The position numbers and the translations under genes were made by a program. A model generated the notes under the pieces. It was not told the DNA's origin. It was given only the letters and a program-made list of their open reading frames with translations, and searched no databases. Positions 45,238 to 54,835 of a stretch of 64,000 bases of DNA are shown here, one piece after another; within the stretch, counting starts at the first letter, position 1, and the number at the start of each line of letters is the position of its first letter. The DNA comes from Elusimicrobia bacterium GWB2_63_22. GTDB lineage: Bacteria; Elusimicrobiota; Elusimicrobia; Elusimicrobiales; UBA9959. The stretch spans positions 20,056 through 84,055 of the forward strand of contig MGUA01000034.1 in NCBI GenBank assembly GCA_001799735.1. The letters are read 5' to 3'.

Positions 45238-46679
45238 TCTGCTCCGTTACCGACAACAAGCTGAGCATCGAAAAGTCCGATCCCGGCCGCCGCGGCCTGT
45301 GGTGCAAAAACCCGCTGCGCGCCAAGGCCAAGCTGCCCGCCGCCCTGCTGCGCAAGTCCCCCCCGCGCCTGCCGGAACTGGCCGAGTTCGACGTGGTGCG
45401 CCATTACACGCGCCTGTCCCGCCTGAACTTCTCGGTGGACACCCACTTCTACCCGCTGGGCTCGTGCACCATGAAGTACAACCCGCGCTTTAACGAGGAG
45501 GCCGCCGCGCTGGAGGGTTTCGCCGCGCTGCACCCGCTCGCGCACGACACCTGCGCGCAGGGCACGCTGGAACTGCTCCACGACCTGTCCGCCCGCCTGA
45601 CGGAACTGTGCGGCTTGGACGCCATCACCCTGCAGCCCGCCGCCGGCGCGCACAGCGAGTTCACCGGCCTGCTCTTGGCCAAGGCCTACTTCGAGGCCAG
45701 GGGCGAGAACCGCACCGAGATCGTCTGCCCCGACTCCGCGCACGGCACCAACCCCGCCACCGCGTCGATGATGGGCTTTACCACCGTCAACCTGGCTTCC
45801 AAGCCGGACGGCCGCCTGGATGTGGAGGAGCTAAAGAAGCATATCGGCCCCAAGACCGCCGTGCTGATGCTCACCATGCCCAACACCCTGGGCATCTTCG
45901 AGAGCAACATCGAGGCCATCGCCAAGGCCGTGCACGAGGCCGGCGCCCTGTTCTACATGGACGGCGCCAACCTCAACGCCCTCATCGGCATGGTCAAGCC
46001 CGGCGACTTCGGCGTGGACATGATGCACCTGAACTTCCACAAGACCTTCTCCACCCCGCACGGCGGCGGCGGCCCCGGCGCCGGCGCCATTGTGTGCAGC
46101 AAGGCCCTGGCCCCGTTCCTGCCCGTACCGACGGTGAAGAAAGAAAACGGCCGGTACGTCTCCGACTTCGGCGATGGCCGCTCCATCGGCAAGGTGAAGG
46201 CCTTCTTCGGCAACACCGGCGTGCTGGTGCGCGCCTACGCCTACATGCTGGCCCACTCGGCCAAGGAGTTCGGCGAGATAGCCGTAGCCGCCATCCTCAA
46301 CGCCAACTACGTCGCGGCGCTGCTCAAGGACCTGTACCCGGCGTATTCCAAGGAGTACTGCATGCACGAATGCGTGCTCACCCCGGGCGCGGACATGACG
46401 GCCAAGGGCCTCAAAACCCTGGACATAGCCAAAGGCCTGCTGGACCGCGGCTTCCACGCCCCGACCATCTACTTCCCCAACATCGTGCATGAAGCCATCA
46501 TGATAGAGCCGACCGAGACCGAATCCAAGGAAACCCTGGACGAGTTCGTGGCCGCCATGAGGGACATCCACGACAAAGGCATCGCTGACCCGCAGGCCCT
46601 CAAGGACGCCCCGCACACCATGCCCGTAAAGCGTCTCGACGAAGTACAGGCCGCAAGACAGCCGAACCTGCGCTGGTAG
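45234..46679 (+). CDS. gcvPB: Glycine dehydrogenase subunit 2
   Basis: YPLGSCTMKYNP, SAHGTNPA, HLNFHKTFSTPHGGGGPG; AGGAGG RBS, ATGA overlap. Confidence 0.95.
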   Translation: MICSVTDNKLSIEKSDPGRRGLWCKNPLRAKAKLPAALLRKSPPRLPELAEFDVVRHYTRLSRLNFSVDTHFYPLGSCTMKYNPRFNEEAAALEGFAALHPLAHDTCAQGTLELLHDLSARLTELCGLDAITLQPAAGAHSEFTGLLLAKAYFEARGENRTEIVCPDSAHGTNPATASMMGFTTVNLASKPDGRLDVEELKKHIGPKTAVLMLTMPNTLGIFESNIEAIAKAVHEAGALFYMDGANLNALIGMVKPGDFGVDMMHLNFHKTFSTPHGGGGPGAGAIVCSKALAPFLPVPTVKKENGRYVSDFGDGRSIGKVKAFFGNTGVLVRAYAYMLAHSAKEFGEIAVAAILNANYVAALLKDLYPAYSKEYCMHECVLTPGADMTAKGLKTLDIAKGLLDRGFHAPTIYFPNIVHEAIMIEPTETESKETLDEFVAAMRDIHDKGIADPQALKDAPHTMPVKRLDEVQAARQPNLRW

Positions 46680-46680
46680 C

Positions 46681-46811
46681 GGGCGCCGCGGGGGAAGGAA
46701 CGCAAAACACGGGGTCTCGCACACCGTGCTCGCCCCTCCTCCCTCGGCCCTCGCGCTTGCGTAAGCTCGGGCCTCCGGGAGGGTTTTGCTAACCCTTCCC
46801 CCGCGTCACCC
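46681..46811. repeat. Intergenic palindromic element with long terminal inverted repeats
   Basis: CGCGGGGGAAGG (46687-46698) / CCTTCCCCCGCG (46794-46805), plus GCAAAAC/GTTTTGC. Confidence 0.6.
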
Positions 46812-46830
46812 TTAGTTTGGCTAAGACTAT

Positions 46831-47532
46831 ATGGAAAAAGGACTGATAATAGAGACTCCGCCCCTGGATGTGTACGAGCAGATGGCCGCCGACGAGGCGC
46901 TGTGCGAGACCATGCCCGCCCCCTACCTCCTGCGCTTCTACAACTGGGCCGAGCCGGGGATAACCTTCGGCTACTCCCAGCGCCGCAAAGCCGTCCAGCA
47001 GGCCATAGACGCCGCCGGCTGCCCCATCACCGCCGTCACCCGCCGCCCCACCGGCGGCGGCATAGTCTTCCACGAGACCGACCTCACCTTCTCCTTCATC
47101 TTCCCCTCCCCCGGCGCCTACTTCGAGCCCGGCAAGACCTACGACCGCCTGCACCGGGCCATAAACGCCGAATACGCCCGCCTCGGCGTCTCCTTCGACC
47201 TCCTCAACGAGAAGACCAAGGACTACGCGGTCAACGACCCGGTCATGAACTGCTTTGCCAAACCGGTGAACATGGATATATTGTATAATGGAAAAAAAGT
47301 GCTCGGCGGAGCGCTCCGGAAGTTCGGGGACCATATGCTCTACCAGGCGTCCTTCCAGGCCCCGGACGCCAGGACCAACGCCAAGATGCACAGGAACGCG
47401 GTGATAAAAGCTTTAGGCGGTGAGTACGGCCTCGAATGGGAGGCCGCGGCCATGCCGGAACCGGCGCAGCAGAAGGCCGCAGAGATAGCCGCGGCCAAGT
47501 ACCGCGCGGCGTCGTGGAACGAGCGGATCTAG
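46831..47532 (+). CDS. Lipoate-protein ligase / octanoyltransferase (LplA/LipM family)
   Basis: MAADEAL, LRFYNW, RRPTGGG.VFH, KKVLG.A; next to gcv genes. Confidence 0.88.
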   Translation: MEKGLIIETPPLDVYEQMAADEALCETMPAPYLLRFYNWAEPGITFGYSQRRKAVQQAIDAAGCPITAVTRRPTGGGIVFHETDLTFSFIFPSPGAYFEPGKTYDRLHRAINAEYARLGVSFDLLNEKTKDYAVNDPVMNCFAKPVNMDILYNGKKVLGGALRKFGDHMLYQASFQAPDARTNAKMHRNAVIKALGGEYGLEWEAAAMPEPAQQKAAEIAAAKYRAASWNERI

Positions 47533-47541
47533 GAGGAACTC

Positions 47542-47772
47542 ATGGTAGCTTTCGTGCTCTGCAAACTGGTAGCCGGCCTCGAACAGAAGGCCGTGCAGCA
47601 GATAAAGAACGTCCGCGGGGTTAAGGACGTCTACATGACCTTCGGCGGCTGGGACGCCATCCTGGTGGCGGAATCCGACACCATAGACAAGCTCAGCGGC
47701 CTCATAGTGCGCGAAGTGCGCGGCATACACGGCGTGCAGACCACCGAGACCCTGGTCACGACCAACCTGTAA
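47542..47772 (+). CDS. Stand-alone Lrp/AsnC ligand-binding domain protein
   Basis: AFVL..G.E..V..I..V.GV..V..TFGGWD..GVQTTETL; no HTH. Confidence 0.85.
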   Translation: MVAFVLCKLVAGLEQKAVQQIKNVRGVKDVYMTFGGWDAILVAESDTIDKLSGLIVREVRGIHGVQTTETLVTTNL

Positions 47773-47801
47773 TTTTCAGACGGGGCGGAAAGAGGTTCAA
47801 G

Positions 47802-48227
47802 ATGGAAAACACTGTATTTGGCAGGCCGGCCGACAAGCTGGTGCTGATAGTGGACGACGACGAGTCTGTACGCGAGCTCCTTGAATTCATAGTCAAGAAG
47901 GAAGGCTTCCGGATAGAGAAGGCCTCCGACGGCGAAGAGGCCCTCACCAAGGCCCGCGCCGTGAACCCCGACATCATCCTGCTGGACCTGATGCTGCCCA
48001 AGTACGGCGGCTTCGAGATCCTGCGCGAACTGCAGACCGACGAGACCTCCGGCATCCCGATAGTCATCATCACCGGCCGCTACACCGACCGCTCCACCTC
48101 CGACATGATAAAGCAGGAGCCTAACGTCAGGGAATTCATAGAAAAGCCCGTGAAGCCCCAGATCCTCACCTCCCTGCTCCACAAGCTGCTGCGCACGCAG
48201 CCGGCCATGAGGAAACCGGGCGCCTGA
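47802..48227 (+). CDS. Single-domain response regulator
   Basis: LIVDDD, ILLDLMLP, EKP. Confidence 0.92.
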   Translation: MENTVFGRPADKLVLIVDDDESVRELLEFIVKKEGFRIEKASDGEEALTKARAVNPDIILLDLMLPKYGGFEILRELQTDETSGIPIVIITGRYTDRSTSDMIKQEPNVREFIEKPVKPQILTSLLHKLLRTQPAMRKPGA

Positions 48228-48688
48228 TGGCGGTCCCAAAAGTTCTACGGAGAACGGCCTTGGCGGCCCTGGCCGCCGGGGCCTTTTTATTGCTGGCCGC
48301 CGGGGACCTGGCCCTGCGGTCGCGGAGCGCCCTGCTTAAGGCGGAGCAGGAGGAGTACTGGCGGGCCAACCCCGCCGCCAAAGCGGCGCACTTCGAAGCC
48401 GAATACTCCGGGAGGGCCGCCCAGAAAGAGAAAGCGGCCGGCGCCCAGGCCAACCCGGAAACCGCGGCGCGCGCGGCCGACCTGCGGGCCGCTGAAAAAG
48501 ATTTCAGACTCTCGGAAAGTTCCGCAAAAATGGCCTATATCTGGTACCGCACGGCGGCCGAAGATTTCAATTTCCCAGGCAACCCCTGGGCGGCCAGGGC
48601 CCGGGCCCGGCTGCCCGGCGCGCTGAACGCCTGGCGGGCCGAATTGGCCGCTAAAGGCATAAAGGCCGAACCCTGGATGCTGCAGTAG
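48227..48688 (+). CDS. Hypothetical protein with N-terminal membrane anchor
   Basis: TGATG coupling with upstream gene; hydrophobic N-terminus. Confidence 0.65.
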   Translation: MAVPKVLRRTALAALAAGAFLLLAAGDLALRSRSALLKAEQEEYWRANPAAKAAHFEAEYSGRAAQKEKAAGAQANPETAARAADLRAAEKDFRLSESSAKMAYIWYRTAAEDFNFPGNPWAARARARLPGALNAWRAELAAKGIKAEPWMLQ

Positions 48689-48731
48689 CCGCGCCCCGCG
48701 CGCGCAGGAACAAGCCCGCGGCCCCCTCAAA

Positions 48732-49430
48732 ATGAGCGCCACCGCTAAAACACTGATCGGCATACTGCTGGCCCCCGCGGCCCTGGCCGCGGCCTGGGCC
48801 ACAGCCGCCGCGCTGGCGCCGGCGCTGGGGAAGTTCAACGTCACTTTCCCCCTGCTGGCGGGGGCTCTGGCCTGCGCGCTGCTGCACGCCGCCGGCCTGG
48901 GCCGGCGCCTTTACGTAGCGTCGCACGAGCTCACCCACGCCCTGGCCGCCGTCTTCACCGGCGTCCGGGTCAGAAAGATCTCGGTGCGCCGCAGCAGCGG
49001 CTATGTGCTGCTGGACTCCACCAACGCCTTCATCTCGCTGGCCCCGTACTTCATCCCCTTCTACACGCTGGCCGTTTCGGCCGCCTACTGGGCCGCGGGC
49101 CATTTCTGGCACCTCGCCCCCTACCGGCCCTGGTTCCTCGCCGCGGCCGGCTTCACCCTGGCCTTCCACCTGCTGCATACCGCCGAGATCCTGGGCGGCC
49201 CCGTGCAGAGCGACCTGCGCAAGGCGGGCGGGCCGGTCTTCTCCCTGCCGCTGCTGGTGCTGCTCAACTGCCTAGGCCTGGCCGCGGCCCTGCGGCTGCT
49301 CTTCCCGGGCCTGGTCAGCCTGCGGGCCTACGGCGCAAAGGTGTTCGAAACCCAGGCGGCGGCGTACCGGCATATTTACGAGGCGGCGCTATATGCCGTC
49401 AATACTGCTAAAATATATATACAGTCATGA
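48732..49430 (+). CDS. Membrane metallopeptidase, M50B-like
   Basis: HELTHAL, ISLAPYF, SDL; multiple TM helices. Confidence 0.75.
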   Translation: MSATAKTLIGILLAPAALAAAWATAAALAPALGKFNVTFPLLAGALACALLHAAGLGRRLYVASHELTHALAAVFTGVRVRKISVRRSSGYVLLDSTNAFISLAPYFIPFYTLAVSAAYWAAGHFWHLAPYRPWFLAAAGFTLAFHLLHTAEILGGPVQSDLRKAGGPVFSLPLLVLLNCLGLAAALRLLFPGLVSLRAYGAKVFETQAAAYRHIYEAALYAVNTAKIYIQS

Positions 49431-51616
49431 AACTTTTCAGGCAGATAATGGCCAGGGTGATCTTCCTGCCGCTGATACTGGCGGCGGGCATAGCCGTTAC
49501 GGCCGTCATAACGGTGCGGGTCATGTTCAAGCCGGCCGACCTGGCCGCCGTGGTGACCAACCAGTTCCAGGAGCTCCTCAAGCGCCCGGTGCGCATAGAA
49601 TGGGCCAAGCTTTCCGCCACCGGCGAGATCAAGATAAAGGGCCTGACCGCCACCGAGCCGGGCCCCGAAGCCGTTAACTTCCTCAGGGCCGAGTACATCT
49701 ACGCCACCTACCGCCTGCTGCCGCTGCTCAAGAAGAAGATAGAGATAGACAGCGTGGTCCTCGTCTCCCCGCAGATAGAGCTGATCAAGCGCGAGGACGG
49801 CACCTGGAACGTGGCGGATATTTTTTCGGCCTACCGCAGCGCCCCCGGCGGCAGCCGCAAAGTGAAGATAGACCGCGCCGAGATCAAGGACGGGGAGCTC
49901 CGGGTCTCTTTCCGCAAATCCCGGTCGGGCTACGTCTTCGACAACATCAACGTCGCGGTCAGGGACTTCAAACCCGACGGAGATTTTCCATTCGACGTCT
50001 CCATCTTCTTTAAGAGCGACGCTTTCAAGAAACCCGTAACGGGCCGCCTCTACGCCGAGGGCAGCGTCAACCTGGCGGATTTCAACTGGTCCTGGGCCGA
50101 GATAAAGGACCTGCACGCCGACCTCACCCTGCTGGAAAAAACCGCCAAGTTCTCCGGCGGCTTAAGGGATTTCCGCAGGCCGCGGATCACCCTGAAGGCG
50201 GAGACGCCGGCCATAAAGAGCTCCGAGCTGGCCTACCTGTTCAAATCCCCCTTCGCTTTCACGGCCCCGCGCTCCTTCTGGGAGATGGACGCCGTCTTCA
50301 CCGACTCGCGCACCATCGAGACCACGCTGCTGGCCCGCCCCCTCAACATCAAGGCCGAGGGCGTCTTCGACCTCTCCCTTTCTACCCCGGAATACACGCT
50401 GGCGGTCTCGGCCCCGCCGCTCAACCTGGGGCAGCTGTCCTCCTACGGCGTCAGGCTGCCAGTGGAGAATCCCTCCGGCAAGGTCCAGGTGCGCCTCAAG
50501 GTCGCCTCGCGCCAGGGCAAGCCGGTGCTGTCGAGCATCGCGGCCGCCACCAACTGGGCCGGGTTCAAATACCGCGGCCTGGCGGTCTCGGAACTGGAAG
50601 CCTCCGCGCTGCTGGCGGAGAATTTCTCCAACAGCCATATCACCGCGGCGGGCGGCCGGCTGGCCATGGGCAAGGACCGCCTGACCGGCCTGAAGCTGAA
50701 GACCAGGATCTCCAAGGACGAGCTGTCTGTGGACTACTCGGGCAAGCTCAACGGCAAGCCGATCAAGGGCATCGTAGCCATAGGCAATCCCTTTTCCCCG
50801 TCGAAAACAGTAAAGGTCACCGGCCACTCGGCCGACCTGGTCTACGCCGACACCTGGAACCTAATCCTGAATTCGCGGCAGCTGGTCGCCAACGGCCACA
50901 AGAAGGGCCGCGGCTACGAATCCGACCTGGCCTGGCTGAAGACGCTGAAGAATTCCATCCCGGCCGGCTACGCCGCCTTCAACCTCCTCTACAAGGCGGA
51001 CAAATTCAAGCACGAATATTTCGCCGCCGACCAGTTCTACGCCTCGGCCTCGCTCAAGAACATAACGGGGGACATCTCCAAGATGCGCGGCAATATCTCC
51101 CTCAAGTCCGGCGCCGGCACCTTCTACGACGTGCAACGGACCTCCGAGCAGGACCGGGTCTTCTACCTCTTCTCCCTGCCGCTGACCTTCATCCACAAGA
51201 TGAACCGCACCGGCGCGCTTAAATTCGGCTACAAGGTCAACGACGTTTCGTTCAACTCCATCGGCGGGGACTACTCCCTGCTCGGCGGGGGCCGCTCCGA
51301 GATCCGCAACTTTTACATGGACGGCAAGGAATTCTCGGCCTACGCCTCGGGGCAGCTGGATTTTTCCAACGAAACTATGAACCTGAAAATTTATACAATA
51401 TCAGGTAAGTACTATTCGATGGGCAGCCTGCCGGAGGCCATGACCGACGCCAGCGGCAAACCGGCCCTGGCCTTCATACTCTCGGGCAAGATGTCCAAGC
51501 CGGACTTCAAGATCATAAGCCCCAAGGATTCCGGCCGGATCATCAAGGAAGCGGCCCAGAAAGGCGCCGAGATAGATTTCGCAAGGATAGACCGTTTCGC
51601 AGGAGGAAAGAAATAA
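49427..51616 (+). CDS. AsmA-family protein
   Basis: N-terminal TM; LKRPV.I..LLPLL...I.I..V.L.SP.I.L..REDGTWNV.D. Confidence 0.8.
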   Translation: MKLFRQIMARVIFLPLILAAGIAVTAVITVRVMFKPADLAAVVTNQFQELLKRPVRIEWAKLSATGEIKIKGLTATEPGPEAVNFLRAEYIYATYRLLPLLKKKIEIDSVVLVSPQIELIKREDGTWNVADIFSAYRSAPGGSRKVKIDRAEIKDGELRVSFRKSRSGYVFDNINVAVRDFKPDGDFPFDVSIFFKSDAFKKPVTGRLYAEGSVNLADFNWSWAEIKDLHADLTLLEKTAKFSGGLRDFRRPRITLKAETPAIKSSELAYLFKSPFAFTAPRSFWEMDAVFTDSRTIETTLLARPLNIKAEGVFDLSLSTPEYTLAVSAPPLNLGQLSSYGVRLPVENPSGKVQVRLKVASRQGKPVLSSIAAATNWAGFKYRGLAVSELEASALLAENFSNSHITAAGGRLAMGKDRLTGLKLKTRISKDELSVDYSGKLNGKPIKGIVAIGNPFSPSKTVKVTGHSADLVYADTWNLILNSRQLVANGHKKGRGYESDLAWLKTLKNSIPAGYAAFNLLYKADKFKHEYFAADQFYASASLKNITGDISKMRGNISLKSGAGTFYDVQRTSEQDRVFYLFSLPLTFIHKMNRTGALKFGYKVNDVSFNSIGGDYSLLGGGRSEIRNFYMDGKEFSAYASGQLDFSNETMNLKIYTISGKYYSMGSLPEAMTDASGKPALAFILSGKMSKPDFKIISPKDSGRIIKEAAQKGAEIDFARIDRFAGGKK

Positions 51617-52212
51617 TGTCCAAGCTAGGTAAATTTGACGTAGTGGGTCTTCTCCAGGAGCACGGGGCCATTCTCAACGGCCATTTCCAGATACCGTCCG
51701 GCTTCCACACCCAGACCTACATCCAGCCCTCCCTCGTCCTGCAGTACCCGCACCTGGCCCAGAAAGTGGCCAAGGAGATGGCGGCCAAGTTCCCCATGGA
51801 GATCAACGTGGTGATCTCCCCCTCCGTCGGCTCCATGTCCATCGGCCAGGAAGTGGCCAGGGTCAAGAAGGCCCGCTCCATCTTCACCGAGCGCATCAAC
51901 GGCGTGATGGTGCTCAAGCGCGATTTCAAGATCTCCGAGGGCGAAAGGGTGCTGGTGGTGGACGACGTGCTCAACTCCGGCCGCATGTGCGGCGAGGCCA
52001 TCAACCTGGCCCGCGGCTACGGCGCCAAGGTCATAGGCGTGGCCGCCATAGTGGACCGCTCCACCGGCGACCTGACGCTCAACGTGCCCGTGCGCGGCCT
52101 GATCTCCTACCCGCTCCAGCTTTTCCCGCCCGACAACTGCCCGCTCTGCAGGCAGAAGCTGCCGCTCACGATACCCGGCTCCACCGTACACCACGTGCAC
52201 GGCCAGGAATAA
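51616..52212 (+). CDS. pyrE: Orotate phosphoribosyltransferase (short type; divergent PRPP motif)
   Basis: GAILNGHF..SG.H..Y.Q; GERVLVVDDV..SG; IVDRS; CPLC. Confidence 0.75.
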   Translation: MSKLGKFDVVGLLQEHGAILNGHFQIPSGFHTQTYIQPSLVLQYPHLAQKVAKEMAAKFPMEINVVISPSVGSMSIGQEVARVKKARSIFTERINGVMVLKRDFKISEGERVLVVDDVLNSGRMCGEAINLARGYGAKVIGVAAIVDRSTGDLTLNVPVRGLISYPLQLFPPDNCPLCRQKLPLTIPGSTVHHVHGQE

Positions 52213-52284
52213 GGAACCAGAATTCAGGCCCGGCGCTGCCGGGGCGGCTAAGGGCCGTCCCGGCGTATTCCGGGGTCCCGTAAT

Positions 52285-53070
52285 ATGAAGACCAACTGCA
52301 TAGCCCTCCTTTCGGATTTCGGCACCAACGACCCTTTCGTGGGGACGATGAAAGGCGTGCTGCTCTCCAAGGCGCCCGGCCTGTCCATCATCGACATCAC
52401 CCACCAGGTCCCGCCGCAGGACATCCAGACCGCGGCGTTCTACCTGATGGCCGCCATGCCGTACATGCCCAGGCACACCCTGTTCATGACCGTGGTGGAC
52501 CCTACCGTCGGCACCGGCCGCGGCATCGTCTGGGCCAGGACGGAGAATTACCAGTTCCTCTCGCCCGACAACGGCCTGATCAGCTGGGTGGAGCAGAAGG
52601 AAAAGATCAAGGAGGCCCGCTTCGTCAGCAACTCCTCCCTGTTCATGGACAATATCAGCTCCACCTTCCACGGCCGCGACATCATGGCCCCGGTGGCGGC
52701 GGCCATAGCCAAGGGCCTCCCCGAGAAAAAGATCGGGCCCGTCTTCAACGAGTACCGCCGCTTCCCGTTCCCCCAGCCAGTTAAGGCCGGCAACCGGATC
52801 AGCGGGCAGGTCATCGCCATAGACCATTTCGGCAACGTGATCACCAACATAAAGCGCGACTACCTCAGCGCCAAGGCCGTCTTCAACATTTCCGACCGGA
52901 TGCTCAAGGACCTCAAGCTCACCTATGCCTCGGTCCCGGAAGGCGAGGCGCTGGCCCTGATCGGCTCCTTCGGCTTCCTTGAATTCTGCGTGCGCAACGG
53001 CAGCTTCGCCCGCGCCTTCGACGTAAAGATCGGCTCCCCCGTGGAAGCCATCGTCTCAATTGATGAATAA
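52285..53070 (+). CDS. SAM hydroxide adenosyltransferase / SAM-dependent halogenase family (DUF62)
   Basis: LLSDFG, IIDITH, VVDPTVGT, PDNG, STFHGRD, IDHFGN.ITN. Confidence 0.92.
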   Translation: MKTNCIALLSDFGTNDPFVGTMKGVLLSKAPGLSIIDITHQVPPQDIQTAAFYLMAAMPYMPRHTLFMTVVDPTVGTGRGIVWARTENYQFLSPDNGLISWVEQKEKIKEARFVSNSSLFMDNISSTFHGRDIMAPVAAAIAKGLPEKKIGPVFNEYRRFPFPQPVKAGNRISGQVIAIDHFGNVITNIKRDYLSAKAVFNISDRMLKDLKLTYASVPEGEALALIGSFGFLEFCVRNGSFARAFDVKIGSPVEAIVSIDE

Positions 53071-54247
53071 TATAAAAACAATGAAACTCAAGCGCGAAGC
53101 CCTGCGGCGCCGCGCCCTAGGCCACGCCTGGATCTTCTCCAACGAACTGGAGATGGTGGACACCTCTATAGCGCCCGGCACCATCTGCGGCCTGCTATAC
53201 CCCGACGGCAAACCCGCCGGGATAGGCTTCTTCAACCCGAAAAGCCTCATCGCGGTACGCCTGCTGGCGCAGAACACGCTGGAGCTGCCGGCGGATTTCA
53301 TAAAAGAGCGCCTGGCCGCGGCCCTCGCCTACCGGGAAACCCTGGGCGTGGACCGGGCCTGCCGCATCTGCTTCGGCGAGTCGGACGGCCTGCCGGGCCT
53401 GGTGGTGGACCGCTACGGCGACTCCGTGGTGGTGGAACTGCTTTCCGCCGGCATGGAGCTGCTGAAGGCCGAGATCACGGCCGCGCTGATAGACCTGCTC
53501 AGGCCGCGCGGCATCTTCTACAAGAATACGCACCAGTTCCGCGAGCTCGAGGGCCTTAAGTCTTACGAGGAGACCGCGTTCGGCACCATGCCGGAGACGG
53601 CGGAGATAGAGGAGAACGGGCTTAAGTACCGCATTCCCATGTCCGGCGGGCAGAAGACCGGCTGGTACTTCGACCAGCGCGAGAACCGCGCCGCCCTGGT
53701 ACCTTTCTTCGCGGGCCGGCGCGTGCTGGACCTGCACACCTACCTGGGCGCCTTCGCCATCACCGCGGCCAGGTCCGGGGCCGCGGCCGTCTGGGGCGTG
53801 GACTCGTCGGAAAAGGCCATAGAGGCCGCCGAGGAGAACGCCGCGCTCAACGGCGTGAAGGGCAAAGTTATCTTCAGGAAAGAGAAAGCCGAGCGCCTGC
53901 TGGAGGCGCTGGAGGCCGACCAGCTCCCCGAGAAGCCGGACTTCATCCTGCTCGACCCGCCGAACATAGTGCGCAACAAGAAATACCTGCCGCAGGCGCT
54001 GAAGATGCTGTCGCGCATGGCCGGCGCGGCCCTGAAAGCCCTGCCGAAGGGCGGCTACCTGGCCGTCTCCACCTGCTCGCACCACATCCCCAGGGGTATC
54101 TTCGTGGAAACCCTCTCCAACGCGGCCGCCAAAGCCGGCCGCCGGGCCATGCTGGTGGAGCTGCGCGGCCAGGCCAAGGACCACCCGATCCTCATCAGCA
54201 TGCCGGAAACAGAGTACCTGCACTTCGCGCTCCTGCGCGTGGTGTAA
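53063..54247 (+). CDS. RlmI-like class I SAM-dependent rRNA methyltransferase
   Basis: GHAWIFSNE, ESDGLPGLVVD, GQKTGWYFDQRENR, LDPP, DHP..PETEYL; exact start uncertain. Confidence 0.9.
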   Translation: MNNIKTMKLKREALRRRALGHAWIFSNELEMVDTSIAPGTICGLLYPDGKPAGIGFFNPKSLIAVRLLAQNTLELPADFIKERLAAALAYRETLGVDRACRICFGESDGLPGLVVDRYGDSVVVELLSAGMELLKAEITAALIDLLRPRGIFYKNTHQFRELEGLKSYEETAFGTMPETAEIEENGLKYRIPMSGGQKTGWYFDQRENRAALVPFFAGRRVLDLHTYLGAFAITAARSGAAAVWGVDSSEKAIEAAEENAALNGVKGKVIFRKEKAERLLEALEADQLPEKPDFILLDPPNIVRNKKYLPQALKMLSRMAGAALKALPKGGYLAVSTCSHHIPRGIFVETLSNAAAKAGRRAMLVELRGQAKDHPILISMPETEYLHFALLRVV

Positions 54248-54264
54248 GCCTTCCGCCGTAAAAC

Positions 54265-54294
54265 AAAAAGGGCCCGAAGGGGCCCTTTTTATTT
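54265..54294. terminator. Bidirectional terminator
   Basis: AAAAAGGGCCC/GGGCCCTTTTT. Confidence 0.8.
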
Positions 54295-54306
54295 GGGAAG
54301 AACGTT

Positions 54307-54675
54307 TCAAATTATGCTTTTGACGACTTTGAGGATCTCGGATTTGCTGGACGGCTTGGTGATGTAGGTTTTGGCGCCGTAGGAGATCGCCTGCTGAATC
54401 TCGTTGATGCTGCCCTCTACGGTGAGCATCACCACCTGCGAGCCCTTGGTGACCTTGTCGAGTTTTATCGCCTGGCAGGCCTTCAGGCCGTCCATGACGG
54501 GCATGTGGATGTCGAGCATGACGAGGGCGGGGAGTTCCTTGCGGGCCAGCTCCACGGCTTCCTGGCCGTTCTCGGCCTTTATCACCGTGTAGCCTTCGTT
54601 CTCCAGCATATTAGCCAGCGTCTCGAGCATTTCTGCGTCGTCGTCGGCTATCAGGATCTTGTTGTGGAGAGGCAT
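54307..54675 (-). CDS. Single-domain response regulator
   Basis: ILIADDD, MLDIHMP, YITKP; GAGGA RBS before ATG at 54675. Confidence 0.92.
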   Translation of the reverse strand: MPLHNKILIADDDAEMLETLANMLENEGYTVIKAENGQEAVELARKELPALVMLDIHMPVMDGLKACQAIKLDKVTKGSQVVMLTVEGSINEIQQAISYGAKTYITKPSSKSEILKVVKSII

Positions 54676-54700
54676 AAGACGGGTCCTCAAAAATAAAATT

Positions 54701-54772
54701 TGCCGCGGGTTGGGATCGAACCAACGACACCTGGTTTTTCAGACCAGTGCTCTACCACTGAGCTACCGCGGC
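54701..54772 (-). tRNA. tRNA-Phe (anticodon GAA), CCA not encoded
   Basis: GCCGCGG-TAGCTCAGTGGTAGAGC-A-CTGGT-CTGAAAA-ACCAG..GGTTCGATCCC..CCGCGGC-A. Confidence 0.95.
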
Positions 54773-54835
54773 AAAATTGTGGTAAGTACTGCCTTTCAAT
54801 AATAGCATTTTTTGAAAAACCTGTTAACTACCAGG

